64,000 nt of DNA from Dehalococcoidia bacterium (GTDB lineage Bacteria; Chloroflexota; Dehalococcoidia; Lucifugimonadales; G963668185), in assembly GCA_965249225.1 (NCBI GenBank), contig CBDFLT010000009.1:159593-223592 (forward strand), given 5' to 3'. Below the pieces are notes generated by a model. It was not told the DNA's origin. It worked only from the letters and a program-made list of their open reading frames with translations, and ran no database searches. Position 1 is the first letter of the stretch; every line of letters starts with the position of its first letter. A program made the translations under genes and the position numbers. This document shows positions 48,295-57,950 of the stretch, piece after piece.

Positions 48295-49557
48295 TTATTC
48301 TGAGCTCGAATCGCCAGGCTCGGGAGCCGACCTGGTAACCCGCAGCTTCTTGAGGCGCCGACCGATCGTAGAGACCACCTCGATCCTCAGCCCATCGGAT
48401 TCGACAGTGTCGCCGGGGCTGGGTATCTTCCCCAAGTGCTGATATACGAAGCCTCCAACCGTATCGAAGCCATCGCCCTCGAGCGTAACCTCCAGCAGCT
48501 CGTGAAGTTGGTCGACGCTCACCCGTGCGTCGAGCATGAACTCGTTCTCCCCGATCGTCACCACCTCGGGCCCGCCGATATCGAACTCATCCTCTATCTC
48601 GCCCACGATCTCCTCAAGGAGGTCCTCTATGGTCACGAGCCCCGAAACGCCACCGTACTCGTCCACGACGATGGCCATGTGGACACGCCGCTCCTGGAAC
48701 TCCCTCAAAAGCTCCTCTAGAGTCTTGGACTCAGGAATAAACAGCGCAGGACGAATCATCTCTTGTTCGACAACCGAAGTGGCACCCTCATTATGGTTAA
48801 GGTAACGCAATACGTCCCTGGAGTACGCAATCCCCTCGATGTGATCGATGTTGTCGCGGTAGATGGGAATCCTGCTGTGGCCCGATCCAAACATCAACTC
48901 CGCGAGATCGGACAGGGATGTCCCGGTCTCGGCGGCGACGACATCAGGACGGGGGGCCATGATCTCGCGGGCCACCGTTTTGTCCAACTCCACCACGCCC
49001 CGGATCATACGCCGCTCATGCTCATCCAGAGGCTCGCCATCGGAAGCGGCCGGCTCACCTGCAGATGCGCCTGCCGGCAGTTCTCCCCGCGCTGACAGCG
49101 CGCCGCTTATGATCTTCGACTGTGTCCACAGAAGCGGAAGGAAAAGCCAGGTTAGCCATCGGGCCAGGAAGGCGAACCTGAGAGAAGCCGTTTCCCCGTA
49201 TACGCGCGTGAAAATACCTGTATATGTGTGGACGAACCCAACAAATATGAGCAACCCCGCAGAAATCACGGTAACAAATGGCCAGCCGACGCCTCCCCTC
49301 ACGATGACCAGGGCCACGACCGAGATCACGCCTCCGGTTAGCGCAAGAAACCTGAGGACCGAGAGGCCGCCCGCGGGGCCCATGGGCAGATCGAACAGAG
49401 ACTCCAGCGTGCGGGCCCCTGACACACCCTGTGACACCAGCTGATGCACCCGTTCTCTTTGCATGGCGGAGATGCTGGCCTCAAGAAGGGCGACGGCAAT
49501 GAACACGAGCAGGGACAGCGCCAGTGCTAGAGTGGATAATGAGCTATCGGTTTCCAC
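48295..49557 (-). CDS. Hemolysin/CorC-family protein (DUF21 - CBS pair - CorC_HlyC), putative divalent-cation efflux
   Basis: Four N-terminal TM helices, REIMAPRPDV, a CBS pair, and a C-terminal transporter-associated domain (GDGFDTVGGFVYQHLGKIPSPGD). Confidence 0.8.
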   Translation of the reverse strand: METDSSLSTLALALSLLVFIAVALLEASISAMQRERVHQLVSQGVSGARTLESLFDLPMGPAGGLSVLRFLALTGGVISVVALVIVRGGVGWPFVTVISAGLLIFVGFVHTYTGIFTRVYGETASLRFAFLARWLTWLFLPLLWTQSKIISGALSARGELPAGASAGEPAASDGEPLDEHERRMIRGVVELDKTVAREIMAPRPDVVAAETGTSLSDLAELMFGSGHSRIPIYRDNIDHIEGIAYSRDVLRYLNHNEGATSVVEQEMIRPALFIPESKTLEELLREFQERRVHMAIVVDEYGGVSGLVTIEDLLEEIVGEIEDEFDIGGPEVVTIGENEFMLDARVSVDQLHELLEVTLEGDGFDTVGGFVYQHLGKIPSPGDTVESDGLRIEVVSTIGRRLKKLRVTRSAPEPGDSSSE

Positions 49558-49655
49558 TACAAACTTTCCTGGGTTCCCGTGGCATCGTTTCGGACGACAG
49601 CGGCAGAGGTCGTTACAAATTCGCTATAGATGCAAAACGTGCGGGCCAAGAACCC

Positions 49656-51008
49656 TTACCGCTTTCTCTTTCTCTTGGGACGCACCTTTGCCGGGACACC
49701 TACCGCCAGCGAATCGGGGGGGACATCGTCGGTTACTACGGAGCCGGCCCCGGTTGACGATCGTGCCCCTATGGTCACAGGGGCTACCAACATGGAATCG
49801 GAGCCGATAAAGGCATCGTCCCCAATAGAGGTGTGGTGCTTGTTGACGCCGTCGTAGTTACAAGTGACGGTCCCAGCGCCGATGTTTACCTTGGAGCCGA
49901 GGTCGGCATCTCCGACATAACTGAAATGGGCCGACACCGTTCCCGGCCCTAGACGGCTGTTCTTGACCTCGGCGAAGTTGCCGATATGGACGCCGGTCTC
50001 AAGGAGGCTGCCCCACCGGATATGACTGAAGGGCCCCACTCCCACATCGTCCGCGAGCCTGGACTCCTCTACTACCGATGCCACGACACGGCAACGGTCA
50101 CCAATCGAAGAGTCGATGATCAGGGTATTCGGCCCCATCTCACAGAGAGAGCCGATCCGAGAGCTCCCCTTGATATGGGTGTTAGGGAGGATAACGGTGT
50201 CCGCGCCCAGTTCTACGCCCGCGTCTATGTACGCGGTAGCCGGGTCGGGCATGCTCACGCCGCGCAGCATCCACTCCTCTCGAATTCGCCGTCGGAGCTC
50301 GGCCTCTACCCCGGCCAGCTGGACCCTGGTGTTGACGCCGACGACCTCATGCGGATCGCTGGTCTGCACGGTCTCCACATGGAGACCGTGTTGGGTTGCA
50401 ACCGATGCCAAGCCGGTAAGGAATATCTCTCTGACGGACGACGGGGCGATTCCTTTGAGGGCTTCCCAGAGCCATTCGGTCTGGAAGCCGTAGATCCCGG
50501 CGTTTACCTCGGAAATCGCCAGCGTTCTCTCGTCGGCCTCACTCTCCTCCACGACCGCCGTTACGCGACCCGAATCGTCTCTAGTCACCCTCCCGAAACC
50601 GTCTGGGCGGTCCAGGGTCGAGGTCAGCATGATGATGCGGAGATCACCTTCCGTTTGAAGCCGCATTATGCGCTTGAGGGTGTCAGGACGGATAAGAGGC
50701 ACGTCGCCGGACAATACGGCGACGGATTCGACCCCAGCAAGGAACGGCTCAGCCTGGAGCAGGGCGTGGCCGCTTCCAAGGGGTTCTGATTGCTCCGCGT
50801 AGGTGACACCATCACCCAGCGCGTCCCGGATGGCCTGATAGTCGGATGGAACGACCACCACGATGGGCGTAAAGCCCGCATCGCGGGCCGCGTCAACGAC
50901 CAGACCGACCATTGGCCGGCCACAGACCGGATGAAGCACCTTGGGGGTGCTGGACTTCATACGGCTACCCTTGCCAGCGGCGAGAACAACGGCTGCGGAT
51001 GTGGCCAT
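49656..51008 (-). CDS. glmU: Bifunctional UDP-N-acetylglucosamine diphosphorylase / glucosamine-1-phosphate N-acetyltransferase
   Basis: VVLAAGKGSRMKS, YAEQSEPLGSGHA, and C-terminal left-handed beta-helix hexapeptide repeats. Confidence 0.9.
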   Translation of the reverse strand: MATSAAVVLAAGKGSRMKSSTPKVLHPVCGRPMVGLVVDAARDAGFTPIVVVVPSDYQAIRDALGDGVTYAEQSEPLGSGHALLQAEPFLAGVESVAVLSGDVPLIRPDTLKRIMRLQTEGDLRIIMLTSTLDRPDGFGRVTRDDSGRVTAVVEESEADERTLAISEVNAGIYGFQTEWLWEALKGIAPSSVREIFLTGLASVATQHGLHVETVQTSDPHEVVGVNTRVQLAGVEAELRRRIREEWMLRGVSMPDPATAYIDAGVELGADTVILPNTHIKGSSRIGSLCEMGPNTLIIDSSIGDRCRVVASVVEESRLADDVGVGPFSHIRWGSLLETGVHIGNFAEVKNSRLGPGTVSAHFSYVGDADLGSKVNIGAGTVTCNYDGVNKHHTSIGDDAFIGSDSMLVAPVTIGARSSTGAGSVVTDDVPPDSLAVGVPAKVRPKRKRKR

Positions 51009-51028
51009 GGGTCTATCTTAAAAACGGA

Positions 51029-51068
51029 ACCCGCCTGGCGCACGACAAAATGCTGTCGCGCAAGGCGG
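51029..51068. other. Extended imperfect hairpin in the glmU / dehydrogenase divergent intergenic region
   Basis: CCCGCCT.GCGC(ac)GAC - aaaatgct - GTCGCGC.AGGCGGG, 21-60 nt upstream of the glmU ATG on the minus strand. The function is unknown. Confidence 0.25.
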
Positions 51069-51229
51069 GCTGTCGAGGATCACTCTCCTGAAGAATCGTC
51101 CACTTCGCGCTCATCGTAGCAGGGCGTAAACTCGGGTGTCAACCTAAACCCCGTCGTTCAACCTGGACTTTGCGGCACTCCTGGATTATCCTAAGGCCGC
51201 TTCGAAACTGCCTTGCCAGAGGGATAAAC

Positions 51230-52258
51230 GTGGCGAATTACAAAGTGGTAACCCAAGCTCGGCCCGAGGGCGCATTCGACTTTGGAAGCCCCGACTTCGC
51301 GCTGGAAAGGGAGGTCCTCGCACCTATCGGCGCGGAGCTTATAGCCGTCGAATCCACCACCGAGAAGGCCTTCATCACCGAGGCGCTGGACGCAGACGCC
51401 ATACTGGCTGGAGACTATCAACTGACCGAGAAGATAATAAAGTCCCTCAGGAAGTGTAAGGTGATCTCCCTGCCGAGTGTCGGGTTCGATCAGGTCGACA
51501 TACCGGCCGCAACGGCACGAGGAATTCCCGTCACCAACGTACCGGACACGTTTATAGAGGAGGTAGCAGACCATACGGCCGCCCTGATACTCGGGACCTT
51601 TCGAAGGCTGAGGACTATGGACATCATGTCCCGCGAAAACAGGTGGGACGATGGCCGGCCGCTGATCTCGCGATATCCGCGGCTGATGGGCCAGACCCTG
51701 GGCTTCATCTCCTTTGGCAACATTCCCAGGGCCGTTGCGGCCCGCATGAAGCCCTTCGGCATTCACATGATCGCCCATGACCCTTTCGTTAAGGAAGTGA
51801 CTATCACTCAGCAGGGAGTGGAGCCTGTAGGGATTACAGAGCTACTGCAGCGCTCCGACATCGTCTCCAATCACCTGCCCGGCTCCCCTGCTACCCGCCA
51901 CTTCATGACCGAGGAGAGGTTCCGCCTCATGAAGCCCCACGCCATCTTCGTCAACACCGGACGGGGTGCTACGGTGGACGAGAAGGCCCTGATCAAGGCG
52001 CTGGAGGAGGGCTGGATAGACACGGCCGGGCTCGACGTGCTTGAGCAGGAGCCCCCGGACCCGGAGAATCCCTTGCTTCACATGGACAACGTGATCCTGA
52101 CGCCCCATGTGGCCTCGGCCTCGGCCAGGATGGGGCCTGAGTCGCAGCGCCGTGCGGGCTGGGAAATCGGGCTGGTGCTACAGGGCCGTTGGCCCATGTC
52201 GTGCGTCAACCCTACCGTGCTGGAGAAGTCTGGCCTGAAACGGTGGCAGCCGTACTAG
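51230..52258 (+). CDS. D-isomer-specific 2-hydroxyacid dehydrogenase (CtBP/PGDH-like)
   Basis: NAD-binding region GFISFGNIPRAVAARM, the catalytic triad context (NTGRG, PHVAS). A probable GTG start at 51230 lies within the longer track ORF. Confidence 0.8.
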   Translation: MANYKVVTQARPEGAFDFGSPDFALEREVLAPIGAELIAVESTTEKAFITEALDADAILAGDYQLTEKIIKSLRKCKVISLPSVGFDQVDIPAATARGIPVTNVPDTFIEEVADHTAALILGTFRRLRTMDIMSRENRWDDGRPLISRYPRLMGQTLGFISFGNIPRAVAARMKPFGIHMIAHDPFVKEVTITQQGVEPVGITELLQRSDIVSNHLPGSPATRHFMTEERFRLMKPHAIFVNTGRGATVDEKALIKALEEGWIDTAGLDVLEQEPPDPENPLLHMDNVILTPHVASASARMGPESQRRAGWEIGLVLQGRWPMSCVNPTVLEKSGLKRWQPY

Positions 52259-52276
52259 CTAACATCAGAAACGTTG

Positions 52277-52948
52277 CTACTGCAACAGCCTGAAACTCCT
52301 CACCACCGACTCGCAAGTTTCCAAATCTTGTGGGGATGCTGGCAGGGTCATTCCACAACCAACTCCCCAACCAATTAGTCCGTCGACGGTGTTAAGGTCA
52401 AAGCTTCGCCACTTCGGTGTCACGCGAGGATCCAAAGAGGGCGAGTAGTAGTATTCCGCATCTGTCATAATCCCCTCCTTATCACCTAGGAGCACCACAG
52501 CCTTTGTATGCAGTTTGTAATCCGTCAGAAATTCTCGTTCGGCCTTATTGACAGCTTCGAAGTACTCAGCGACCCCTACGTCGTAAGGTAAAGCTTCGAC
52601 GACTATAACTATGTTGGGATCGTATCCCTCTTGTGTAGGTACCCCCGCAAAGAAGACGCCACTTCCTTCTGGGAGCGGCACGTCAGACTCCAAGCTCTCC
52701 AAGAGTTCAGCCACAAATTCGTCTAGTTCTTCCGTTAGTGAGAGCGCCAGTTCCCAGTGACTAGGATATGAAATAGAAAAGCGCTTCGATTCGTCTGTGA
52801 AGGCAACGAAGTCAGCAGGGATCGTTGGGATTGGCAGTGGCTCGAAGGTAGGTGGCGCTTGGACGGTGGCTGGCGTCTCATCCCTTCCACAGGCCATGGT
52901 GGTGATCACCACCGCCACAATCAATGTGCCAAGGGACAACTTACGCAT
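52277..52948 (-). CDS. Hypothetical lipoprotein (PsbP/DcrB-like sandwich possible)
   Basis: Signal plus lipobox (VVITTMACG) and an FSISYPSHWEL motif. By eye the GC content is noticeably lower than the surroundings. An alternative start is at 52966. Confidence 0.4.
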   Translation of the reverse strand: MRKLSLGTLIVAVVITTMACGRDETPATVQAPPTFEPLPIPTIPADFVAFTDESKRFSISYPSHWELALSLTEELDEFVAELLESLESDVPLPEGSGVFFAGVPTQEGYDPNIVIVVEALPYDVGVAEYFEAVNKAEREFLTDYKLHTKAVVLLGDKEGIMTDAEYYYSPSLDPRVTPKWRSFDLNTVDGLIGWGVGCGMTLPASPQDLETCESVVRSFRLLQ

Positions 52949-53028
52949 CGGTCTCTCTACCTCCATTCGAGCTGGCCGCTTAGATTGGGACGCCCTCAAC
53001 AATATCACGGTTACAGGCCAATGAAAGG

Positions 53029-53616
53029 CTACGATGCCTTGCCACTTTTCTTCTTTGATCGCGACGCTGGCGCCGGCCGCTTGAGGGCGATTATATTGGT
53101 CAAATCAATGGCATTAGTTAGGCTGCCGACCGCCTGCAACGCCGATAGCAACGCCAACCGATCAAGCGCGTTCCTGCCTATAAGGCGCGCCGCGTGCGCC
53201 AATGAGATTTCGTCATCCGTCAGGAACTTGGCTTTTTCAGCGTTGATGATCTTGGCGTTGAGATCTTCGCCCTTGATGCCCTTAGCCTCCAGCGCTTCCT
53301 CCACGGCAGCTCGGCAGAACGACACAGCGCCCCTATAGGAAGCACCGTAAAAACACAAAATCGCCTCTTTGAGCATCTCCCGTGCGTTTTCGTCCACTGC
53401 CTCGTCTATGTCCCCTTGATATAACCTCCCTGGGAGATACTGAATAATATTTTCCTGTATCTCAAAGACGGTCAAGTTGTGGCAATGACCGCATGTGAGC
53501 GAGCCCCGCAGGACATCCTGCCGAATATAGTCCTCAGTTACGCCGCCGCCAAAGCCTGGGACTATCTGGTCGATTTTCCGGGTACGGCCGCACCAGGCGC
53601 AGGGAATAGTTGCCAT
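53029..53616 (-). CDS. Zn-ribbon + DUF4145-like domain protein
   Basis: ATG at 53616 is preceded by GGGAGAA. It has CAWCG...CGHCHN cysteine pairs and a C-terminal helical region (FLTDDEISLAHAARLIGRNALD) resembling DUF4145. Confidence 0.4.
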   Translation of the reverse strand: MATIPCAWCGRTRKIDQIVPGFGGGVTEDYIRQDVLRGSLTCGHCHNLTVFEIQENIIQYLPGRLYQGDIDEAVDENAREMLKEAILCFYGASYRGAVSFCRAAVEEALEAKGIKGEDLNAKIINAEKAKFLTDDEISLAHAARLIGRNALDRLALLSALQAVGSLTNAIDLTNIIALKRPAPASRSKKKSGKAS

Positions 53617-53832
53617 GAGATTCTCCCTAGTCACAGATATGGAAAGTGTACCAGGTTCGCCCTTGATTTCCCGCCTGTTCAACTTGGGGCCTCTCGAGAT
53701 ACGCAAGACACTTAACTTGTCCGGCAGAATACAAGCTGCTACAATTTGGCAGGCTGTCTCGCATGCCCTCCTGGCCCATTCGGCTCTACTGAGGAGGGCT
53801 GATTAATACAGGGCACAAGGAGTAACTTCGTA

Positions 53833-54915
53833 TTGGGACCAATAAACGTAGCGATCATAGGAATCGGTAACTGCGCCTCCGCCCTCGTACAGGGCGTCTA
53901 CAAGTACCAAGACGCCGTCAATGGCTCCAAGATCCCCGGCTTAATGCACCCAGTCTTGGGCGAGTACGGCGTTGGGGACATCAACTTCGTGGGCGCCTTC
54001 GACGTAGACAAGGGAAAGGTCGGCCTGGACCTGTCGGAGGCCATATTCGAGCCACCCAACAACACCATCCAGTTCCAGGAAGTCCCTCACATAGGCGTCA
54101 CGGTGCAGCGGGGGATGACACACGATGGCCTTGGCCGATACGTGGCAGACCTGATCAAAAAGGCTCCCGGACCCACGGCCGATATAGCCGGGACCCTGCA
54201 AGAGCGCGAGGTCGACGTGGTGGTCAACTATCTCCCGGTTGGGTCGGAAGAGGCCACGAAGTGGTACGCCGAGCAGGTGCTGTTGGCGGGCTGTGGGTTC
54301 ATCAACTGCATCCCCGTATTCATCGCCAGCGGCGAAGGCCAGTACTGGCAGCGGCGGTTCAAGAAGGCCGGCGCCCCTCTCATTGGGGACGACATCAAAT
54401 CGCAGGTCGGCGCCACTATCACCCACCGGGTATTGACCCGGCTCTTCATGGACCGCGGGGTAGAGCTGGAGCGCTCGTACCAGCTCAACTTCGGCGGCAA
54501 CACCGACTTCCTGAACATGCTGGAGAGGGATAGGCTGAAGTCGAAGAAGGTCTCCAAGACCAAGTCCGTCACCTCGCAGCTAGACCATAAACTCGAAAGC
54601 GAAAACATGCACATCGGCCCCAGCGACCACGTTCCCTGGCTATCGGACAGGAAGTGGGCATACATCAGGTTGGAGGGCAAGAGCTTCGGCGATGTTCCCC
54701 TCAACATGGAGTTGAAGCTGGAGGTATGGGACAGCCCCAATTCGGCAGGGGTCGTCATAGACGCCATCCGTTGCGCCAAGATCGCAAGGGACCGAGGCAT
54801 TGGAGGCCCTATTACCGGGCCATCGGCGTACTTCATGAAGTCGCCGCCAGTCCAGTACACAGATGAGGAAGCCAGACAGATGGTGGAGGACTTCATAGAG
54901 GGGAAGGGCGCATAG
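53833..54915 (+). CDS. ino1: myo-Inositol-1-phosphate synthase (short prokaryotic type)
   Basis: 360 aa with a TTG start, an N-terminal Rossmann motif [27 protein letters not shown], and the overall length and pattern of bacterial/archaeal MIPS. Confidence 0.8.
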   Translation: MGPINVAIIGIGNCASALVQGVYKYQDAVNGSKIPGLMHPVLGEYGVGDINFVGAFDVDKGKVGLDLSEAIFEPPNNTIQFQEVPHIGVTVQRGMTHDGLGRYVADLIKKAPGPTADIAGTLQEREVDVVVNYLPVGSEEATKWYAEQVLLAGCGFINCIPVFIASGEGQYWQRRFKKAGAPLIGDDIKSQVGATITHRVLTRLFMDRGVELERSYQLNFGGNTDFLNMLERDRLKSKKVSKTKSVTSQLDHKLESENMHIGPSDHVPWLSDRKWAYIRLEGKSFGDVPLNMELKLEVWDSPNSAGVVIDAIRCAKIARDRGIGGPITGPSAYFMKSPPVQYTDEEARQMVEDFIEGKGA

Positions 54916-54998
54916 AGAACAGGCCCTCCTCCCACTTGACTTCCTCAGGGTGGACGGTACACCCTAGACGGACACGGTAGCCCCGCGAGGGAGTTTGT

Positions 54999-56141
54999 AT
55001 GGAGCGCCCCATCAAGGTCGGCCTCGTATCGCCCTACGACCTCGCGTTTCACGGGGGAGTAAACGACCACATAAATAAGCTGGGCGCCCAATTCCGGGCC
55101 TGGGGCCACACGGTCAAAGTTATCGCTCCGTGCTCGGCCCCTCAAAGGATCTCCGACCCAGACTTCATCCCCATGGGCAGGCCTGTTCCCCTTCCCAGCG
55201 GTGGCTCCATTGCCAGGATCTCACTCTCGGTCTGGCTGCTCCCCAGGATCAAGGCCATGCTCCAGCGCGAGGCGTTCGACGTAATCCACCTGCACGAGCC
55301 CTTCGCCGGCTTCGTCAGCCTCTGGACGATCAGAGCGTCCGACTCGATCAACATCGGCACCTTTCATACATTTCGCGGCCACAAGCTTTACAATGTGGGC
55401 TTCAAGCGACTGGCCAAACCATACTTCGCGAAACTTCACGGTCGCATCGCCGTATCGAAACCGGCCTCCGATTTCATCAGCCGCCATTTCCCCGGGGACT
55501 ACGCACTGATCCCGAACGGAATCCAGGTGGACGACTTCGGCCCGTCCGTGGAGCCCTTCCCGCATCTTAGGGATGGGAAGACCAACCTGTTGTTCGTAGG
55601 CCGGTTGGAGAAGAGAAAAGGCCTCAAATACCTGCTTGGCGCCTACAGCCAGCTAAAGTGGAAGTGGCCTAACCTGCGTCTAGTGGTCGTCGGATCGGGT
55701 ACACCCGACGCCGACTCATACCGCATCATGAGCGAGCGCAACCTGCAGGATGTGATCTTCGCGGGCAGCGTCTCGGAAGCGGACAAGATCAGGTTCTTCA
55801 AAAGCGCGGACATCTTCTGCTCCCCTGCCACTGGCAAGGAAAGCTTCGGTATGGTCTTGCTCGAGGCGATGGCCGCGGACAAGCCCGTGGTGGCCACGGC
55901 CATCGAGGGCTATTCCAGCGTCGTCACCCATGATCACGATGGGCTGCTGGTGCCCCCAAAGGACGATGAAGCGCTGGCCGATGCCATCGGCACCCTACTC
56001 GAAAGCCCGGAGCTTCGGGCGAAGCTGATCTCCAATGGGCGACGGACCGTACAGGAGTTTCGGTGGGAACGGGTCGCGGGCCGGGTGATGGACTACTACT
56101 GGAACTACCTAGAGACTAAACAAGCCGTACTGGCCCGGTAA
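54999..56141 (+). CDS. GT4 glycosyltransferase, PimA-like (phosphatidylinositol alpha-mannosyltransferase-like)
   Basis: Colinear with mycobacterial PimA as I recall it (FDVIHLHEP, GRIAVS, IPNGIQVD, GKESFGMVLLEAMAA). Confidence 0.7.
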   Translation: MERPIKVGLVSPYDLAFHGGVNDHINKLGAQFRAWGHTVKVIAPCSAPQRISDPDFIPMGRPVPLPSGGSIARISLSVWLLPRIKAMLQREAFDVIHLHEPFAGFVSLWTIRASDSINIGTFHTFRGHKLYNVGFKRLAKPYFAKLHGRIAVSKPASDFISRHFPGDYALIPNGIQVDDFGPSVEPFPHLRDGKTNLLFVGRLEKRKGLKYLLGAYSQLKWKWPNLRLVVVGSGTPDADSYRIMSERNLQDVIFAGSVSEADKIRFFKSADIFCSPATGKESFGMVLLEAMAADKPVVATAIEGYSSVVTHDHDGLLVPPKDDEALADAIGTLLESPELRAKLISNGRRTVQEFRWERVAGRVMDYYWNYLETKQAVLAR

Positions 56142-56302
56142 TCCTGCAAAGGCAATTCCACGGCCATGGCTTTCGCCTCCAAACGGAACACCTAGGAAAG
56201 AAGTGTCCGCCGCCCGTTAGTCCGTCGAAGCTCGAAGCGGCCCAATGTCCCCGATTGCTGCTTGGCTACGATTGATCACGCCGGCGGTCCTGGGAGGCCA
56301 GC

Positions 56303-56938
56303 GTGACGGTGAAAGGTGACCATCTGCCCCATCTATTGAGCCGAACCGCCGCACGACGGGCGCTTTCCACCTACCTGGAAGAACCGGCCGCTAGAACACT
56401 GGCCCGGATCGGCGTATCCCCAAACGCGATTACGCTTCTCGGGCTGCTCGTAGCAGCCGCTAGCGGAGTCCTTGTAGGTTTCGGTTACCTGCTGGCCGGA
56501 GGGGCCGTACTGCTTGCCTCGGGCGCGTTGGACTTGCTGGATGGTGCCCTCGCCAGGAGGAAGGGCCGAGTGACCCGGTTCGGTGCTCTCCTCGACTCTG
56601 TGGCGGACCGCGTCTCGGAGGCGGCGATCCTCCTGGGCATCCTTGTTTTCTACCTGGACGAGGCCGACGACCCCGGCGTAATTCTCGCCTACCTTGCCCT
56701 CGCCGGCTCCCTGATGGTCAGCTACGTACGGGCGCGAGCGGAAGGACTGGGGATCGACTGCGAGGTAGGAGTCATGACCCGGCCCGAGCGGGTAGTGGTG
56801 CTGGTGATAGGGTTGATTGTGAGCAACTGGTGGCTACCGATGCTCCTAGGTGTCTTAGGGCTGATCGCCGCATTGACCCTTCTCACATCCATCCACCGGC
56901 TGTTCCACGTCTGGCGCCAGGTAAAGGGCGGGGAATAA
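56303..56938 (+). CDS. CDP-alcohol phosphatidyltransferase (phosphatidylinositol-phosphate synthase-like)
   Basis: Signature D..DG..AR........G...D...D present (DLLDGALARRKGRVTRFGALLDSVADR), with ~6 TM helices. Confidence 0.8.
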   Translation: MTVKGDHLPHLLSRTAARRALSTYLEEPAARTLARIGVSPNAITLLGLLVAAASGVLVGFGYLLAGGAVLLASGALDLLDGALARRKGRVTRFGALLDSVADRVSEAAILLGILVFYLDEADDPGVILAYLALAGSLMVSYVRARAEGLGIDCEVGVMTRPERVVVLVIGLIVSNWWLPMLLGVLGLIAALTLLTSIHRLFHVWRQVKGGE

Positions 56939-57034
56939 GGCTGGTACCCGGTCGGCCCGCTCCTTCTGCGACGGGACCACTCGAATTACACACATCTTGC
57001 TCTCAACCACAGAAAAGAGCAGAGGCGGCAGGCG

Positions 57035-57132
57035 CGCAGCCGTGTGGTCCCCACTCGAGGAGCCAAGTGCCAGTGCAGTAAGCTGCAGCCGTGTGGTCCT
57101 CACTTGAGGAGCCAAGCACCGGTACGGTAAGC
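57035..57132. repeat. Tandem direct repeat, 2 x 49 bp, intergenic
   Basis: GCAGCCGTGTGGTCCCCACTCGAGGAGCCAAGTGCCAGTGCAGTAAGCT is followed immediately by GCAGCCGTGTGGTCCTCACTTGAGGAGCCAAGCACCGGTACGGTAAGCT. Confidence 0.85.
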
Positions 57133-57202
57133 TAAAATATGCGTACGCCGCACTAAATCTGTCGAAAACGCGGCGTTCCCACGGGAGCACTCAGGAGTAG
57201 CG

Positions 57203-57928
57203 ATGCCGATCCTTCAGCAACGAGACCAGGATGCGGTCCGGCGGAGGTTGGACAATGAGCTGAAACGAGATGTCAACGTCACCCTCCTGACACGGTCGAA
57301 TACCGGCCTGTTTATTCCTGGCCGCGAGTGTCCTACATGCCACGCGACCCAGGAGCTTCTTGGAGTGTTGACGGCCCTTTCCCCGAAGATCAAGCTTGAC
57401 GTGATCGACTATTACGGGAGTCCCGAGGATGCTCAATCCCGCGGCGTTGAAAAGATACCGGCGGTCATCATCGGCGCCGACGGTAGCGAAAACGCCAGAT
57501 TCTACGGGCTGCCGGCTGGATTCGAGTTCGCCGTCTTGGTGGACAGCGTCGTCACCGCTTCAACCGGACGAAGTCCCCTATTGCTGGAGACTCGCCGGCA
57601 GCTGAAAAGGCTAAAAGACGATGTCCACATACAGGTGTTCGTCACTCCCAACTGCCAGTACTGCCCTAACGTGGCCCGATTGGCCCACGCAATGGCCCTC
57701 GAAAGCCCAAACGTCGTCGCCGACGTAGTACAGGTACAGGAGTTCCCGCACCTGGCCCGCATGTACAAGGTCATGGGGGTGCCCAAGACCGTTATCAACG
57801 ACACCATACAGTTCACGGGGGCCGTCGACGAGGACGAGTTCATGGAGCGGGTCTTGAAGGCCGTCGGAGCGGCGGAGCAGGAAGGTGACAGCGACGAAGA
57901 GCTTTTGGCGCAGACCACGCCGATCTGA
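57203..57928 (+). CDS. Glutaredoxin/thioredoxin-like protein disulfide oxidoreductase with two thioredoxin-fold units (PDO-like)
   Basis: Two CxxC sites (CPTC in unit 1, CQYC in unit 2). The architecture resembles archaeal/Aquificae PDO-type proteins. Confidence 0.65.
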   Translation: MPILQQRDQDAVRRRLDNELKRDVNVTLLTRSNTGLFIPGRECPTCHATQELLGVLTALSPKIKLDVIDYYGSPEDAQSRGVEKIPAVIIGADGSENARFYGLPAGFEFAVLVDSVVTASTGRSPLLLETRRQLKRLKDDVHIQVFVTPNCQYCPNVARLAHAMALESPNVVADVVQVQEFPHLARMYKVMGVPKTVINDTIQFTGAVDEDEFMERVLKAVGAAEQEGDSDEELLAQTTPI

Positions 57929-57950
57929 GCATTCACGCAGCGGTGAGACG

